A program made the translations under genes and the position numbers. This document shows positions 18,998-33,667 of a stretch of 38,185 nt of DNA, piece after piece; the first letter of the stretch is position 1, and each line of letters begins with the position of its first letter. The notes below the pieces were generated by a model. That model had not been told where the DNA came from. It searched no databases and worked only from the letters and a program-made list of their open reading frames with translations. The stretch lies in the NCBI GenBank assembly GCA_049999805.1, contig JBNGIO010006320.1, positions 370,169 to 408,353 on the forward strand. Reading direction: 5' to 3'. Source of the stretch: Folioceros fuciformis (Eukaryota).

Positions 18998-21900
18998 TCA
19001 CCAAATGTGTGACTGGTCTAGCTTCAAAAAGCTGCTACAGTCAACCAATCCAAGCCCTTCTCTGTGGAAGCAGTGTTTGAACTTCGGCAAGGATTTTGTT
19101 AGTACATCTGCTGTATTGTCGTCTGTGGGTACATACTGTACCTTAACAATTCCCCTCTCAGCAGCATCACGAATATAATGGTGTTGAATCTCAATATGCT
19201 TCGTGCGCGCATGAAAGACAGGATTAGCGACGAGAGCAATGGCTGACATATTGTCACAATTAAGCATTGTTGGCCCTTCCTGCTTCATATCCAAATCTTC
19301 GCATAGCTTTCTTTCCCATTTAGCCTCTTTCGTGGCTTCAGTGAGTGCTTTGTACTCCAATTCTGTTGATGAAAGTGATATTGCAGCTTGTTTTCTACAA
19401 GACCAATTAACAACAATGGAGCCAACAAGAAAGCAATATGCTGAGATAATTTTTTGGGTGTCAGTGTCTGAAGCCCAATCTGCATCGACAAAGCATGTCA
19501 GCAGCAGATGCTTCTTTCCGCTAGGCTTGAAGCAGAGGCCATAATTTGGAGTATCCTTGAGGTACCGCATGATGCGCTTGAGAGCAACCCAGTGATCCTT
19601 TCCTGGATTCTCTGAGAACTGAGCAATAGCATTTACAGTATTTGAGATATGAAGTCCGGTCTGATTACTCAAGAACATGAGAGTACCAACTCCCATACGA
19701 TAAGGAATATTTTCCATCTCTTTCTTTTCCTGTTCTGATTGTGGACAGGTAGCAGATGAAAGCTTAACTCCTACGGCGCCAGGTGTGGCTGCCGCACGTG
19801 CATTCTCCAAATTGAAGCGTTTTAACATACCAGCTACATATCTTCCTTAATGGAAATAGATAGCACCAGTGGTATCTCTATGTACATGCATTCCAAGAAT
19901 ATATTTAACTTTGCCGAGATCCTTCATCTCGAATTCTTTACTAAGGTCAGCTTTAATCTTGTTAACTAGTTCAATATTGTTACCAGGAATAACTAAGTCA
20001 TCAACATATAGTGCAACCAACACAAGGGAGCTGTCCTTGCGAAGTACATAGATATTAGTGTCTGCTTCACTTTGGATAAACCCTATCTTCTTGAGGTAAG
20101 AGTCCATTCTCTCATACCATAAACGTGGGCTTTGCTTTAGTCTGTAAATAGAACGAATAAGTTTACAAACCTTGTTTGGGTAATGCTCATCTTCATATTC
20201 TTCTGGTTGATCCATATAGATCTCTTCTTGTAGATGACCATAAAGGAAAGCAGTACAAACATCAAGCTGATAAATTTCCAGATTAAGCTCGGCACATAAA
20301 GCCAGGAGCATTCTCACGGAAGCAGCCTTGACCACAAGCGAATATACCTTATCGCCCTGATAGTCCACTCCCTCTTTCTGACTATAACCCTTAGCCACTA
20401 GTCTCGCCTTATAGCGAATACGAGGTTCAACCTCTTGGAATTTAGTTTTGAGAACCCACTTGCATTTGACAGTAGTTCTGCCTTTCGGCAAGTTTACTAG
20501 AGTCCAGGTATTGTTTTTGATAAGAGAATTATATTCATCATCAATAGCAAACTTCCACTTAGCTGCATCAGGTCGCGAATATGCCTCTTGAAGAGTAAGA
20601 GGATCTCCCTCTGAAGGGGCAACACTGAAGGCGTTGAAATGACCTGCAGCAGTGGTGGTGTAGCTAGCTTGATTGAACTCTAAATCAAAGGGGATCTCAT
20701 TCCAGAGGTGTCTCGGTTGACGATGACACGAAGGATACCCTCGCTCAGGGGCTGGATCAAGTGTTACGGGAGAAGGTGGAGCAGGAACTGTCTCTGGGTC
20801 TTGTGAATTAAGACACCAAAGTCGTCTCTATTTTCATAAGGATCAACAATGGCCTATTCATCTTCCCCCTCTCGAGCAGGAATAATAGGTATAGGTGCTG
20901 CTTGAGGTGAAGAGGCCAGGGATGGAGCAGAAGTTGCAGGACCAGAGTCCGGGAAAACAGAGGGCTGAGTCAAAAACTCAGGCATAAGGTCACCTGGGTC
21001 GGAAGAAGCAGTGTCGTCTGAAGGAGCCGAAGTAGAATCCATGGACTCAGAACGAGCAGATGTTAACCGAGCCTCATCAAAGGTGACAGTGCGAGCATAT
21101 ACAATAGCATGGGTAACCAAGTCAACCAGTTTATAAGCCTTACGGTCCTCGCCATAGCCAACAAATACCAACTTGCGAGCGCGAGCAGAAAGCTTGTCGC
21201 GAAGCTGAGAAGGAATATTAGCATAGGCGGGGCAGCCGAAAAATCCGAAGATGAGTAATAAGTGGCTTATATCCATGCCAGGACTCAAAGGGAGTCTGGC
21301 CAGGAACTGACTTGGAAAGAACCCTGTTGCGTAGATACACCGCAATATTAACCGTTTCGGCCCAGAAGGGTTTGGGGAGTTGAGCGCGAGCTAGCATGGC
21401 GCGGGCCATGGCGAGCAGATCGCCGTTGGCCTTTTCAGCAACCCCATTCTGCTGAGAAGTATAGGGAACCGTAAACTGACAGATAATCCCCCTCTCAAGA
21501 CAGAAGTCCTTAAAGTGCCGGTTATTTAATTCTCCTGCATTGTCAGATCTAATGCACCGAAGCTTGCAACCAGTTTGCAGCTCAGCCATAGTGACAAAAG
21601 GAGTAAAGGAGCCGAAAGAATCACTCTTCAACTTGAGCGGAATAGCAAAGGTATAGCGACTATAGTCATCAACAAGAGCCATAAAGTGTAGTGCACCGCC
21701 AAGTGAAGGGACTAGGAGTGGACCACAAAGATCAACATGGACCAACTCCAAGGGCTGAGTAGTCCGACGGGCAGGTAGAGTAGGATAGGGGAAGCTACGT
21801 TGTTTAGCATATATACAAGGTTCACATAACGGAGGAGTCTGTGAAAAGTGTGGTAGCTTATCCCTAAATAAATCCTGCCTAGACATCTCTAAAAGCTTAT

Positions 21901-23392
21901 CATGATTAATATGTCCAAGCCGAGAATGCCATAATAGGGAGTCACCTTTGCGAGAACTCCCTCTGTCGAGCGCAGTGGCCATTGCGGGAGCTGGGGTCGA
22001 GGAAGCTGTGATCACTGATACGGCGGAGAAGACATAGAGGTCATGCCGCGGACGACCTCTAGCAACCACGCGACCAGGAGCAACAGATCTTGTGAGGAGG
22101 CAATCGCCTCTGCCAAACTCTAGCCTGAAAGTAGTGTCCTTCACCAAGGGTCGGACGGAGATAAGATTCTTCGCCATTTGCGGAACATGTAGCACATCAC
22201 TTAAAAGAAGGATAGAACCATCGGCAAGAGTAAAAGTAACAGTGCCAGTGCCCGCAATAGTAAGGCCGGAGTCATCGCCGAGAAGAACAAAACGTTGATC
22301 TTCGGCAGGGAGATAATCCGAAAACATATGGTGATGGCAGCAAATATGTGCGGAAGCAGCTGAGTCCAATAGCCAAGAGGTCTTGTATTCGAAAGCTACC
22401 AAGCAGACTGTGAGGGCAATGTCGGCCTGTTTCTGCTTGGAGGTCGAGGCCATATTGGCAGACTTGGAAGGGCGTCGAGGCTCACCGGCTTTCTTCTTGC
22501 GGTAGTCAGGCTCCCAGTGGCCTGGAATCTGGCACCAGTTGCAAGTACCAGGCTTGCGGCTGGAACCACCAAGCTTGGAGAAGGAAGGTCCGCGAGAAGG
22601 AGACAGAGAAGGCGCAGTGAAGGGCCGTCTCTCAGGGGGAGGAGGACGACGTCGCTACTGGGGCTGGTGACGTTGACGGCCTTTGCTCACGAACATAACT
22701 CGTTCACCACCATGCTTCGAAGTGCCGGTGTTGAATCTGGAAGCCTCCTCTTGAAGGAGAGCGCCGGCAATTTTGGAGATGGAAATGTTGGGTGTGCGGC
22801 CAGCCTTTACCGCCTGATGAGCCTCTCGAATAGTGCCATTCTGAGAGGACACAAATGCTTGAAAGCTAGCGGGAAGGGAGGCCAGTAGTTGGACACAAGC
22901 TTCAAATTCCGATAAGGGAGTGCCTAAAGCAGCAAGCTGGGCACGAAGATAACGAAACTTCCCAACATAAGTACCAATGCTCTCATTATTATGCATGCGT
23001 AAGGAATAAAATTCGTTACGCACTGTGACTAATGTCATAACATTGGTAGATTGAAAAATATCTAGTAGCTGCCGCCAAGCCTCTGCAGCAGTAGTAGCCC
23101 CATCAGTATGATGTAGGGTGACTTCGTCAAGGCCTGAAATAAGAATGTGAAGTGCAAGCCTGTCTTGTTTGATCCAAGAGTTGAGAGCAGCAGAGGGACC
23201 AGCAGGCCGTTGAATGGTGCCATCCACTATGCCAAGCAAGTCACGAGTGTTGAGTATGGAACGCATATGCTTGGCCCATATCTCAAACTTTGTGCCATCA
23301 AAACGGTCTTTTTCTTTGAATTCAGAAGAAACATTCATATAATTAATAATTGGTGTAGGTGGAGTCGGCAAAGGAGAGGACATCGATGCCAT
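18998..23392 (-). pseudogene. gag-pol polyprotein of element B with a few stops and frameshifts
   Basis: Gag DRFDGTKFEIW, knuckle CNWCQIPGHW, protease WLLDSAASAHI, LWHSRLGH/CEPC, LVHVDLCGP, IRSDNAGEL, QQNGVAE, YKARLVAKGYSQ, ALYVDDL, FVDADWA, HARTKHIEIQHHYIR. Confidence 0.95.
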
Positions 23393-25223
23393 AGTTCTGA
23401 TAATCAAGCTGTAATATAATAATATAAAAGAAGGAACACCGACTGTAAGTTATGACTGCAGCCGAAGGGGCTTCTAATATAGTTATATGAGAAAACTTGA
23501 GGAGCAGAAATATTATGAAGACAAAGAGTAAAGTCAAATAGCCCAGTGAACTATGCCACGGATCATTAGGGGCATAGACAGTTGAAAGGTGCTGAACCGC
23601 TTGAGCAGCGGATTGCACTGACTCAGAAAGTTGGTGAAGATGATCCCAAAGATGTCGACACTCCAACTGAAACAGCTCTTGACCAGTGGCAACTGCTTGC
23701 TCATAAAGGTAGCGTTGATTGGCGATGTCGTCAGAAGGCAGGCGTGGCGACAAGGGCTCTTGTTTGATTGCTGATGCTGGAGTAGGTGTAAGGACGAGAG
23801 CCGGGGGCGACTTATAAGGAGTTGGCGAGCTACCAAAAGTCACGTCCGCTAACCGAGGAGGCACATCCGCTCGGGTGCCAGGAACCTGAGATATCAAAGG
23901 ACGGACACAGGTAAGAAACGGATGAGCCGTTTCATACCCCTGTGAAAGAAACTCCAACTGAGTTTCATTCGGTGGGGTCAAAAACGGCCCCGGAAAAGAA
24001 ACTCGGTTTAAGTTCGCAGCCGGGGCACCGATTCGCGGCTCGGCCGAACGCGCGCGCACGTCGGCTGCGCGCAGCGCGCGCTCATAACCGCCAGATCCCC
24101 CTGGATCTACACCCCCGCCGATCTGGGCCGATTCCCCACCAATCTGGGGCGCACAAAATGCAGAAGGGGAGCCCTGACCTGGCGATCTAGCTGGTGAGAG
24201 ATCTGAGCCGACGGCGGCCGGAGCTGAAACTGATTGGTCTTGGATGCCCGCTGAAGGATCTGCAGAAATCTCAGTCTGTTTGAACGTTGGAGCTCTCACG
24301 CATGTAGGAATCTGGACGCCAGAAGATTGCGCCGTTGCTGAAGTGCAGGTGCAACAGATTTGATGAGGCATTATGCCCGCAACAGCAGAGGCGCAACTGT
24401 TCAGTTCTTTGGCCAATAATCCGTTTGGTGGAACCCCAGAGACCTGCAGATCTGACGAGATATTAGCTTGTGAGGGGGCGACTACTGGAAATGAAGCGCC
24501 TCCTGTAATCTCAATGATGGGTGTCATCTTTCGGGTCCGAAATCCAGCGAGGAAGGCAGCAGCTGCAGAGATTTCAGCCTTCAACTACTGATAAGAAATC
24601 TGCTGTTTAACTTGCTGAGTACATGTTGCTGGGAAAACATGAGAAGGTATCCTATCCAGATCGAATTGAGATAACTGGTGATCTTCCAATGGGCTCAGAT
24701 TAGAACAGTTGACAGGGACTTCTACCTTCTCCATGGATTGCCCACATGATAAATACCACTTCTTCTTATTTAAGCTAGTAGATGTTCGATCATCTTTATC
24801 TGACCTTTTAGATAGTGAAGAAGAGGAAGTGTGAATTGGAGTGGCTGGAGTATATCGAGGTGAGCTCCTATGTTGCCGAAAGATGATGATTGATGTTGGC
24901 TGCTAGATACATCCCCACAATGACGCAATAGACTGGAGTCTGAACTGTTTGACCAGTGCCCTTCAGATAGATTGAGATATTCGAAAGCTTGAGTCTTTGG
25001 TAGGCGAATTGCAACCAATTGTCGAGGTTGATGTTGATGAGAGGTGGTTGTTCTCCAATAGATAAACCGTCAGGACTTCAGCAATTGTTAGTCCTAATTG
25101 TTGAAGGTTCCTAAATGTAAAACCACGCCTTGAAGAATGAGAGGTGTGGTTACGACCACACCTGTTGTTGTAATGCCGAGATCTTCTAGCAGTAGCGTTA
25201 GTCTTTCAGTGTCTTCTGGCCAT
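23343..25223 (-). pseudogene. Decayed extra ORF of about 627 codons between PBS and gag of element B, function unknown
   Basis: A single frame runs from ACA-ATG-GCC at 25223 to the stop at 23343. It is interrupted only by TGA 25208, TGA 24965, TAG 24905 and TAG 24587, and includes the 413-aa ORF 23343..24584. Confidence 0.65.
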
Positions 25224-25691
25224 TGTGTGAGGATGTAGAAGACACACCAAAGGAGGTAAAAGTACAAACAAATGTTGCTGAAGAGGAAATGAACAAAATA
25301 GAGTGCTAAGAAGCATTTATGAAAAGAGAGACATCCAAATCACTAGATGAAGAAGAGGATAGTAAAATTCATAGCCAAACATAATTAAAAGAAACAGTTT
25401 GGGAATTTGAAGTTTTGCTAAAACCTATAACTTAAATAACGCATTTAATTATAGTATTACAAAACACAACAGGATAGAATAACGTCGAAATGCATTTTAG
25501 AAAATGCTGAGAGAACCAGGCTCTGATACCAACTTTGAGGTGCTTTGCGGAAGCGTATGATCAAAGATAGTACTTTACTAATTGATATAATTGATTACAA
25601 GAGGTGGGCTTTTATAGCCTGTGTCTGAAGAGTTGTACCTCTTCGGTACTAGATACCAAAGGGTATGACCACGCTGGGTTAAGCTAAGGTA

Positions 25692-25791
25692 NNNNNNNNN
25701 NNNNNNNNNNNNNNNNNNNNNNNNNNNNNNNNNNNNNNNNNNNNNNNNNNNNNNNNNNNNNNNNNNNNNNNNNNNNNNNNNNNNNNNNNNN
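25692..25791. other. Assembly gap (100 N)
   Basis: A run of exactly 100 N, typical of a gap of unknown size. Confidence 0.99.
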
Positions 25792-27400
25792 CCTCCTACT
25801 TTCCCCTCTACGCTGACCACATGGCATAGATTGGAAGGGAGAATTTTTCTCCTTTGTCACATAGACGAGCTGCATACTTGACCACTTATCACTCATAACT
25901 TGTTCGTTTTTTGTTGCGAGAGTTTTAAAAGTCTTTGTAGACACCTCTATAGTTCAACATCGACCACGGGCTCTTTAGAGCCTTGCTCCTCCTCACTTGA
26001 TTCGCTTTCGACTCTCAAGAGAAACAATGGTTAGGCAACAATTTTTATCATTTTCAAGCCAAACTGGAGTTTGCTATTTAAATGTGCCGCCTTCTTCTTG
26101 CCATACCCATCTCTCCTTTTCCTATTTGGTTCGATCTTCTTTTGCTTTAAATGGGATCGACGACAACTATTGCAGCTACTTTCTCTTGTGTCATTCTTCG
26201 TTTTGATGGGTTTTCTACGAATTTGTCATCATGGATGTGAGTTTTTGTTCCCCTTCCATGGGTTAGCCACTTAGACTGAAAATCGTCACTCCTTCTCCTT
26301 TGCTGGTTGAAGGTCTTATATGCATTGTCCTCTCATCCTTCTCAAGCTCGCCAAGAGCTAGCATGACCTTGTTCACATTTGTTGTTGTGCATCTTGGTCT
26401 TCATGTCCATGGTTTTCTTGTCCTTCACTCCTTGACTCCTCATTATCACTGCCCACCTTTGGCTCTAGGTCCGCTACCATGACATTAAACTCATTGATGA
26501 TAATTGGAGGAATCGACGTACCCGTATGTTGTATGGTTGTCCGCTTGCTCGCCAAGCGATGTCTCTTTACCTCATACCAAAGGGCATAGATTAACTGTGG
26601 GACAAATTGGCCCTTCTTGTACACTTTCCAAGGCTCTTCCATGGCTGTAAATGGCCTCAGGTGGCTGAACTAAGCTTCTGCGTCTGGAGGGTCCCTTTCA
26701 AACTTTCCCTAAATTTGTAATCCCAACCTGCATGTTTGCACTAGCACCATGGATTGGGTTCTTCACCATTTGTTTTTTGAAGTTGCGCCTTTGCAACTAA
26801 AGATGCCTTGGACGGCTGGAACTTGCGAGCTGTCTAAATGCAAGCCCGCGTTAAGATGTTAGTTCACACTTTGTCATCGGCTCACGCTGGCTTGAATGCT
26901 TCCCCCTTCTCTCTCCTAAGTCTTCATTCCTTAAGTGCACAGACCTTAGTTGCCTCTATGTACTTGTTATTTCTTGTTCTAGTGTATTGACTAAATGCAG
27001 CGCTTATCATAGATTTCAAAAGCGTGTTAGGAAATTGGTTAGCTACATCATTGCATAATTTTTCTGCCTACTTGACGGCAATTCACTCCACTTGCCTAGA
27101 ATCTCAATGGTAGCCTTGCTGTGAATGAGCTTTAGTGCCTAGACACCGTCAACCCACTGAATGTTAATGAAAGTGTTGCTTTTGGAAGGTCCATGCTATT
27201 TGTGGCATTCCCTATCTCAAACTTGTCCAACAAGTGCGTTCTTACCCGATCTACACTCCTTTCCACACACAACTCTTTAAGCAAATCTTTGTGGTCAAGG
27301 GTGTTGACAACAACTACCTCCTTGTAGCAACAAGGTAGATGTGGGAGGTTCTTGCCAATTGCCACAAAGTTCTTTGCCCACAACTCATGTAGGGCAGCTT
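25792..27400 (-). mobile_element. Heavily decayed coding-like DNA, possibly a retrotransposon gag remnant
   Basis: Short broken minus-strand ORFs (26373..26642, 27132..27383) with charged low-complexity stretches. No diagnostic motif is intact. Confidence 0.3.
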
Positions 27401-27688
27401 CTATGCAAGAGATGGGACTTGGTCTAGTCTCCAGTTCGAGCCCAGTAGGTTGCTAGGAGTTTGCAACCTCCTATATCATACAGTTCAAAGGCAAAGGAAT
27501 GGAGAGAGGTCCAAGAGAATTCTCCTCTCCAAATGCCTTCCAAACGCTCCTCCAAAGCTGTGTTCTTCCCACACGACAATCCCATTCTCTCCAATGTGCT
27601 ATTGATCTAGGTGCTCTATCCTAGGCCCTCCCTCATGTGTGCGTGCACAACGTTCCAACCCAATGGTCCCCTCCCCTCATTGCTCGAT

Positions 27689-27844
27689 GAGTTGGGAGAA
27701 GCAAGGGAGAGCAAAGAGTTGGAGCTAGAGTTGGGAGAATCAAGGGAGAGCAAGGAGTTTGAGCTAGGATTGGGAAAAGTAATGAGCTGCAAGGAGTTTG
27801 AGCTAGAGTTAGAAAAAGCAATGAGCTGCAAAGAGTTGGAGCTA
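27689..27844. repeat. 39-bp tandem repeat, about 4 units
   Basis: Unit about GAGCTAGAGTTGGGAGAATCAAGGGAGAGCAAGGAGTTT, giving ELELGESRESKEF periodicity. Confidence 0.85.
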
Positions 27845-28138
27845 ATGAGCTCCCTTCATAGCAAAGGAGGCAAAGGCCTCATCTATTATTAACCACCATG
27901 TAGAGTACCAAGACCTCTCATATAACTAGAGGGCTACCAAAATTAGGGCTGATTTTTTGCCCTCGGTGCCCTCTACATTCTAAAGCCTACTTTAACCTAC
28001 AAAACTATTTATTGCCATGCTCATTTGCCTACTATAACTAGATCAATAGAACTTTACCACACAGCTTACGTTATGCTCATCCTTATCCGTTCCTCCACAA
28101 AATGTATATGGTCAAAAGACCATAACAACAAGGTTAGA

Positions 28139-28170
28139 ATATATATATATATATAAACCCTAAACCCTAA
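28139..28170. repeat. (AT)n microsatellite fused to two plant-telomere-type units (AAACCCTAAACCCTAA)
   Basis: Read directly from the sequence. Confidence 0.85.
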
Positions 28171-29045
28171 AGTAGACCACAGGTTGTCGGGTATTCCGGA
28201 CGCCTTTTTGGGTTTGCATCATAGATCCTTCAGAGATTCCGCGGTGCTGTGAGAGCACCTGTCCCATGTCCACAGTCTAACGACTGAGAATTAGAAATTA
28301 GATATTGGTGTGCTGTACTTCAAATCAAAACTAACACCGGTATCCGATCCAGATGCAACTGAAAATGCGGCATGCAGCGGCAAGGCGTCGTGGCGCGCCC
28401 TGCGGATTCTGCTTGATGCACGGAGCGCTTGGTGAGGCAGTCCTTGAGGACATTTCAGACTTCCACGAATACTGTGAGAAGCCGCAAATTTTATCGAACG
28501 ACTTTAGCAGGGCGTGCAAGCTTGTAGTGGCCACGCTTGTAACGTAAATCAATTGGAACAGCATCGACATCACGTTCGTACCACCACTCCTTCGCCCCTG
28601 CCCGCGTCGGACGCACTGCTCGTCCGGAAGGGAACTCCCGTTCTAGTCTGAAGCGAGCAAGCCTTCGTCCCATGAGGTGTATTCTGCCGATGAGAATTGA
28701 ATCTCCTCGGGTGAGAGCTGGTCTCCCAGGCTCCAACATATGTAGGTAGGTGGAGATCTACAGAATTGTTGAAGAGTCACGCCGAATTGCTGATGTTCGA
28801 TAGGACAATGCCGCAGAGCACTGCTGGAGTCCCGTAGGCGCGGATTGGCCAAAGCTCACCACCATCCACATCAATGCAATCCGCGTCTGCCAGTCTCGGC
28901 GTGCAAGTTCTTGGAATTGCCAGTTTAGGAGCCTGATGAGCCGGTAAACAGGTCACACTGTTGGCGCCTGCGGCGTGCTATCAGCTATGGAATCTCTTGC
29001 TCTCCCAGCTATATCCATGGCCGCAATCGGATGCATCTTCAAGCC

Positions 29046-31922
<2,877 letters not shown>

Positions 31923-32446
31923 AGAAGAGCGGCTCAATAATTTCTTCTTGTCGCGTGCTGAGTGTAGACAGTGTTTGTCCCCTAGTCTGTAACGTCGTGG
32001 TAAGCTTCTGGGCTTGTAGCGAGGAAGGAGGGCGCTGAGCTGGAGATTCCCATGACCAAGTAGTACTTAAGTGTGTATGTACACGAGGTGACACATGCAA
32101 AGTGGAAATGCCATGAGTTTCTTGGGTCCAGAGTTCGATACGCCCGGAATCTTTTTCCCTACACGGCAATGTGCTGCTGTTAGCATGCTGCGGTTCGTAA
32201 TGTGTAGACGATTCTCCCCGGCGTGTAAATGGAACAGCAACAGCTCCCTTCTAATTGCCCCTTGGGGAGCTGAAAAGTTTGTGGGTTGAGATGAGCGCGT
32301 TAGGCGGAGCCATTTGTCGGGGTAGAAGGCATGTGAATTGGCGGTAAGAAAATGCATGACGGCAAGGCGGGTGACTGTTGGGGATGTCGCTCTGGATCTG
32401 GGCTGCTTTTGAAGCGCAATTGAGGCAGTAGCTGCTGGATTTGAGC

Positions 32447-33667
32447 ATGCCGCACAGAGTGGATCCGCCCAGTGGGGATCATGTTCCCGGGAAGCACTAC
32501 TACATGGTGGGTGGCACCATCTTTGAGCTGGATACCAAGTACGTGCCGATTAAGGTTATTGGCAAGGGCGCCTACGGAGTGGTGTGTTCTGCGCGCAACG
32601 ACACCGGCGAGTCTGTGGCCATCAAAAAGATCTCTAACGCCTTCGAGAACTGCACCGACGCTCGACGAACGTTGCGGGAAATAAGGCTGCTCCGCCATCT
32701 CTCACACGAGAATATCATTGCCGTGAAGGACATCATGAGGCCTGTGGGTAGGCACTACTTCAACGACGTTTACATCGTGTATGAGCTCATGGACACCGAT
32801 ATGCATCAGATCATCCGGTCCAACCAGCCTCTCACGGATGAGCATTTCCAGTATTTCATCTACCAGGTATTATCTCTTCGCTTCCTACGTGCTTCTGGGT
32901 GCAGCCAATTTGTTGGTGGGTGGTGGCTTTGGGACAAGAGCCCAGGGTCCTGACTTTCGGCGGCCTCTCACGCTTGCCTGCAGCTTCTGAGGGGTTTGAA
33001 GTACCTGCACTCGGCTAACGTCCTGCACAGAGATCTTAAGCCCAGCAACCTGCTGTTGAATGCCACTTGTGATCTCAAGATCTGCGATTTTGGGTTGGCA
33101 CGCATTGGCAGCGATGAGGGCCAGTTCATGACTGAGTATGTGGTCACAAGGTGGTACAGGGCACCTGAGCTCCTCCTCTCCTGTGAGGAGTATAGCAGTG
33201 CTATTGACATGTGGGCTGTGGGTTGCATCTTTCTGGAGTTGTTGGCCAGGAAACCCATCTTTCCCGGGAAGGACTACATCCATCAGCTGAAGCTGATCAT
33301 TGACCTCATTGGCACCCCAGATGAAAGTGAACTGGAGTTCATCCAGAATCCCAGGGCCCGGAATTACATCCAAAGCTTTGATTATGTTCCTCGTGTTTCC
33401 CTTGCAAAACTATATCCCAGTGCCAACCCCCTGGCCATCGACCTTATTGACAGGATTCTTGTTTTTGACCCTCGGAGGAGGCTAACTGTGACGGAGGCTT
33501 TGGAGCATCCCTATCTGGCTGTACATCATGATCCAAGCATGGAGCCTGTAGCTCTTGCACCGTTTGAGGCCGAGTTTGAGCAGGACGATGCCAGCGAGGA
33601 CGCCTTGAGGGAGGGGGTGTGGAGTGAGATGCTCTATTACCATCCTGAGGCAAGCATCGAGCAGTGA
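32447..33667 (+). CDS. Mitogen-activated protein kinase, TEY type, most similar to plant group C (MPK1/2/7/14-like), 2 exons
   Basis: [43 protein letters not shown]. Single intron 32867-32983 (FIYQ|LLRG). N-terminus [16 protein letters not shown] and C-terminus [10 protein letters not shown]. Confidence 0.95.

Larger units (their letters stand above)
18618..25691 (-). mobile_element. Ty1/copia LTR retrotransposon 'B', near full length; 5' LTR runs into the assembly gap
   Basis: LTR copies at about 18618-18804 and 25536-25691, with 5 mismatches in 156 bp by eye. PBS TGGTATCAGAGC at 25520-25531 (minus), PPT GAGAGGGAG at about 18805-18813, and gag-PR-IN-RT-RH order. Confidence 0.93.

Noticed and set aside
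23343-23750. Calling the extra ORF of element B an env/fusion protein
   Set aside because: A helical segment plus hydrophobic tail is suggestive, but there is no clear signal peptide or recognisable fusion-protein motif. It lies 5' of gag, and the tail coincides with T-rich intron-like DNA.
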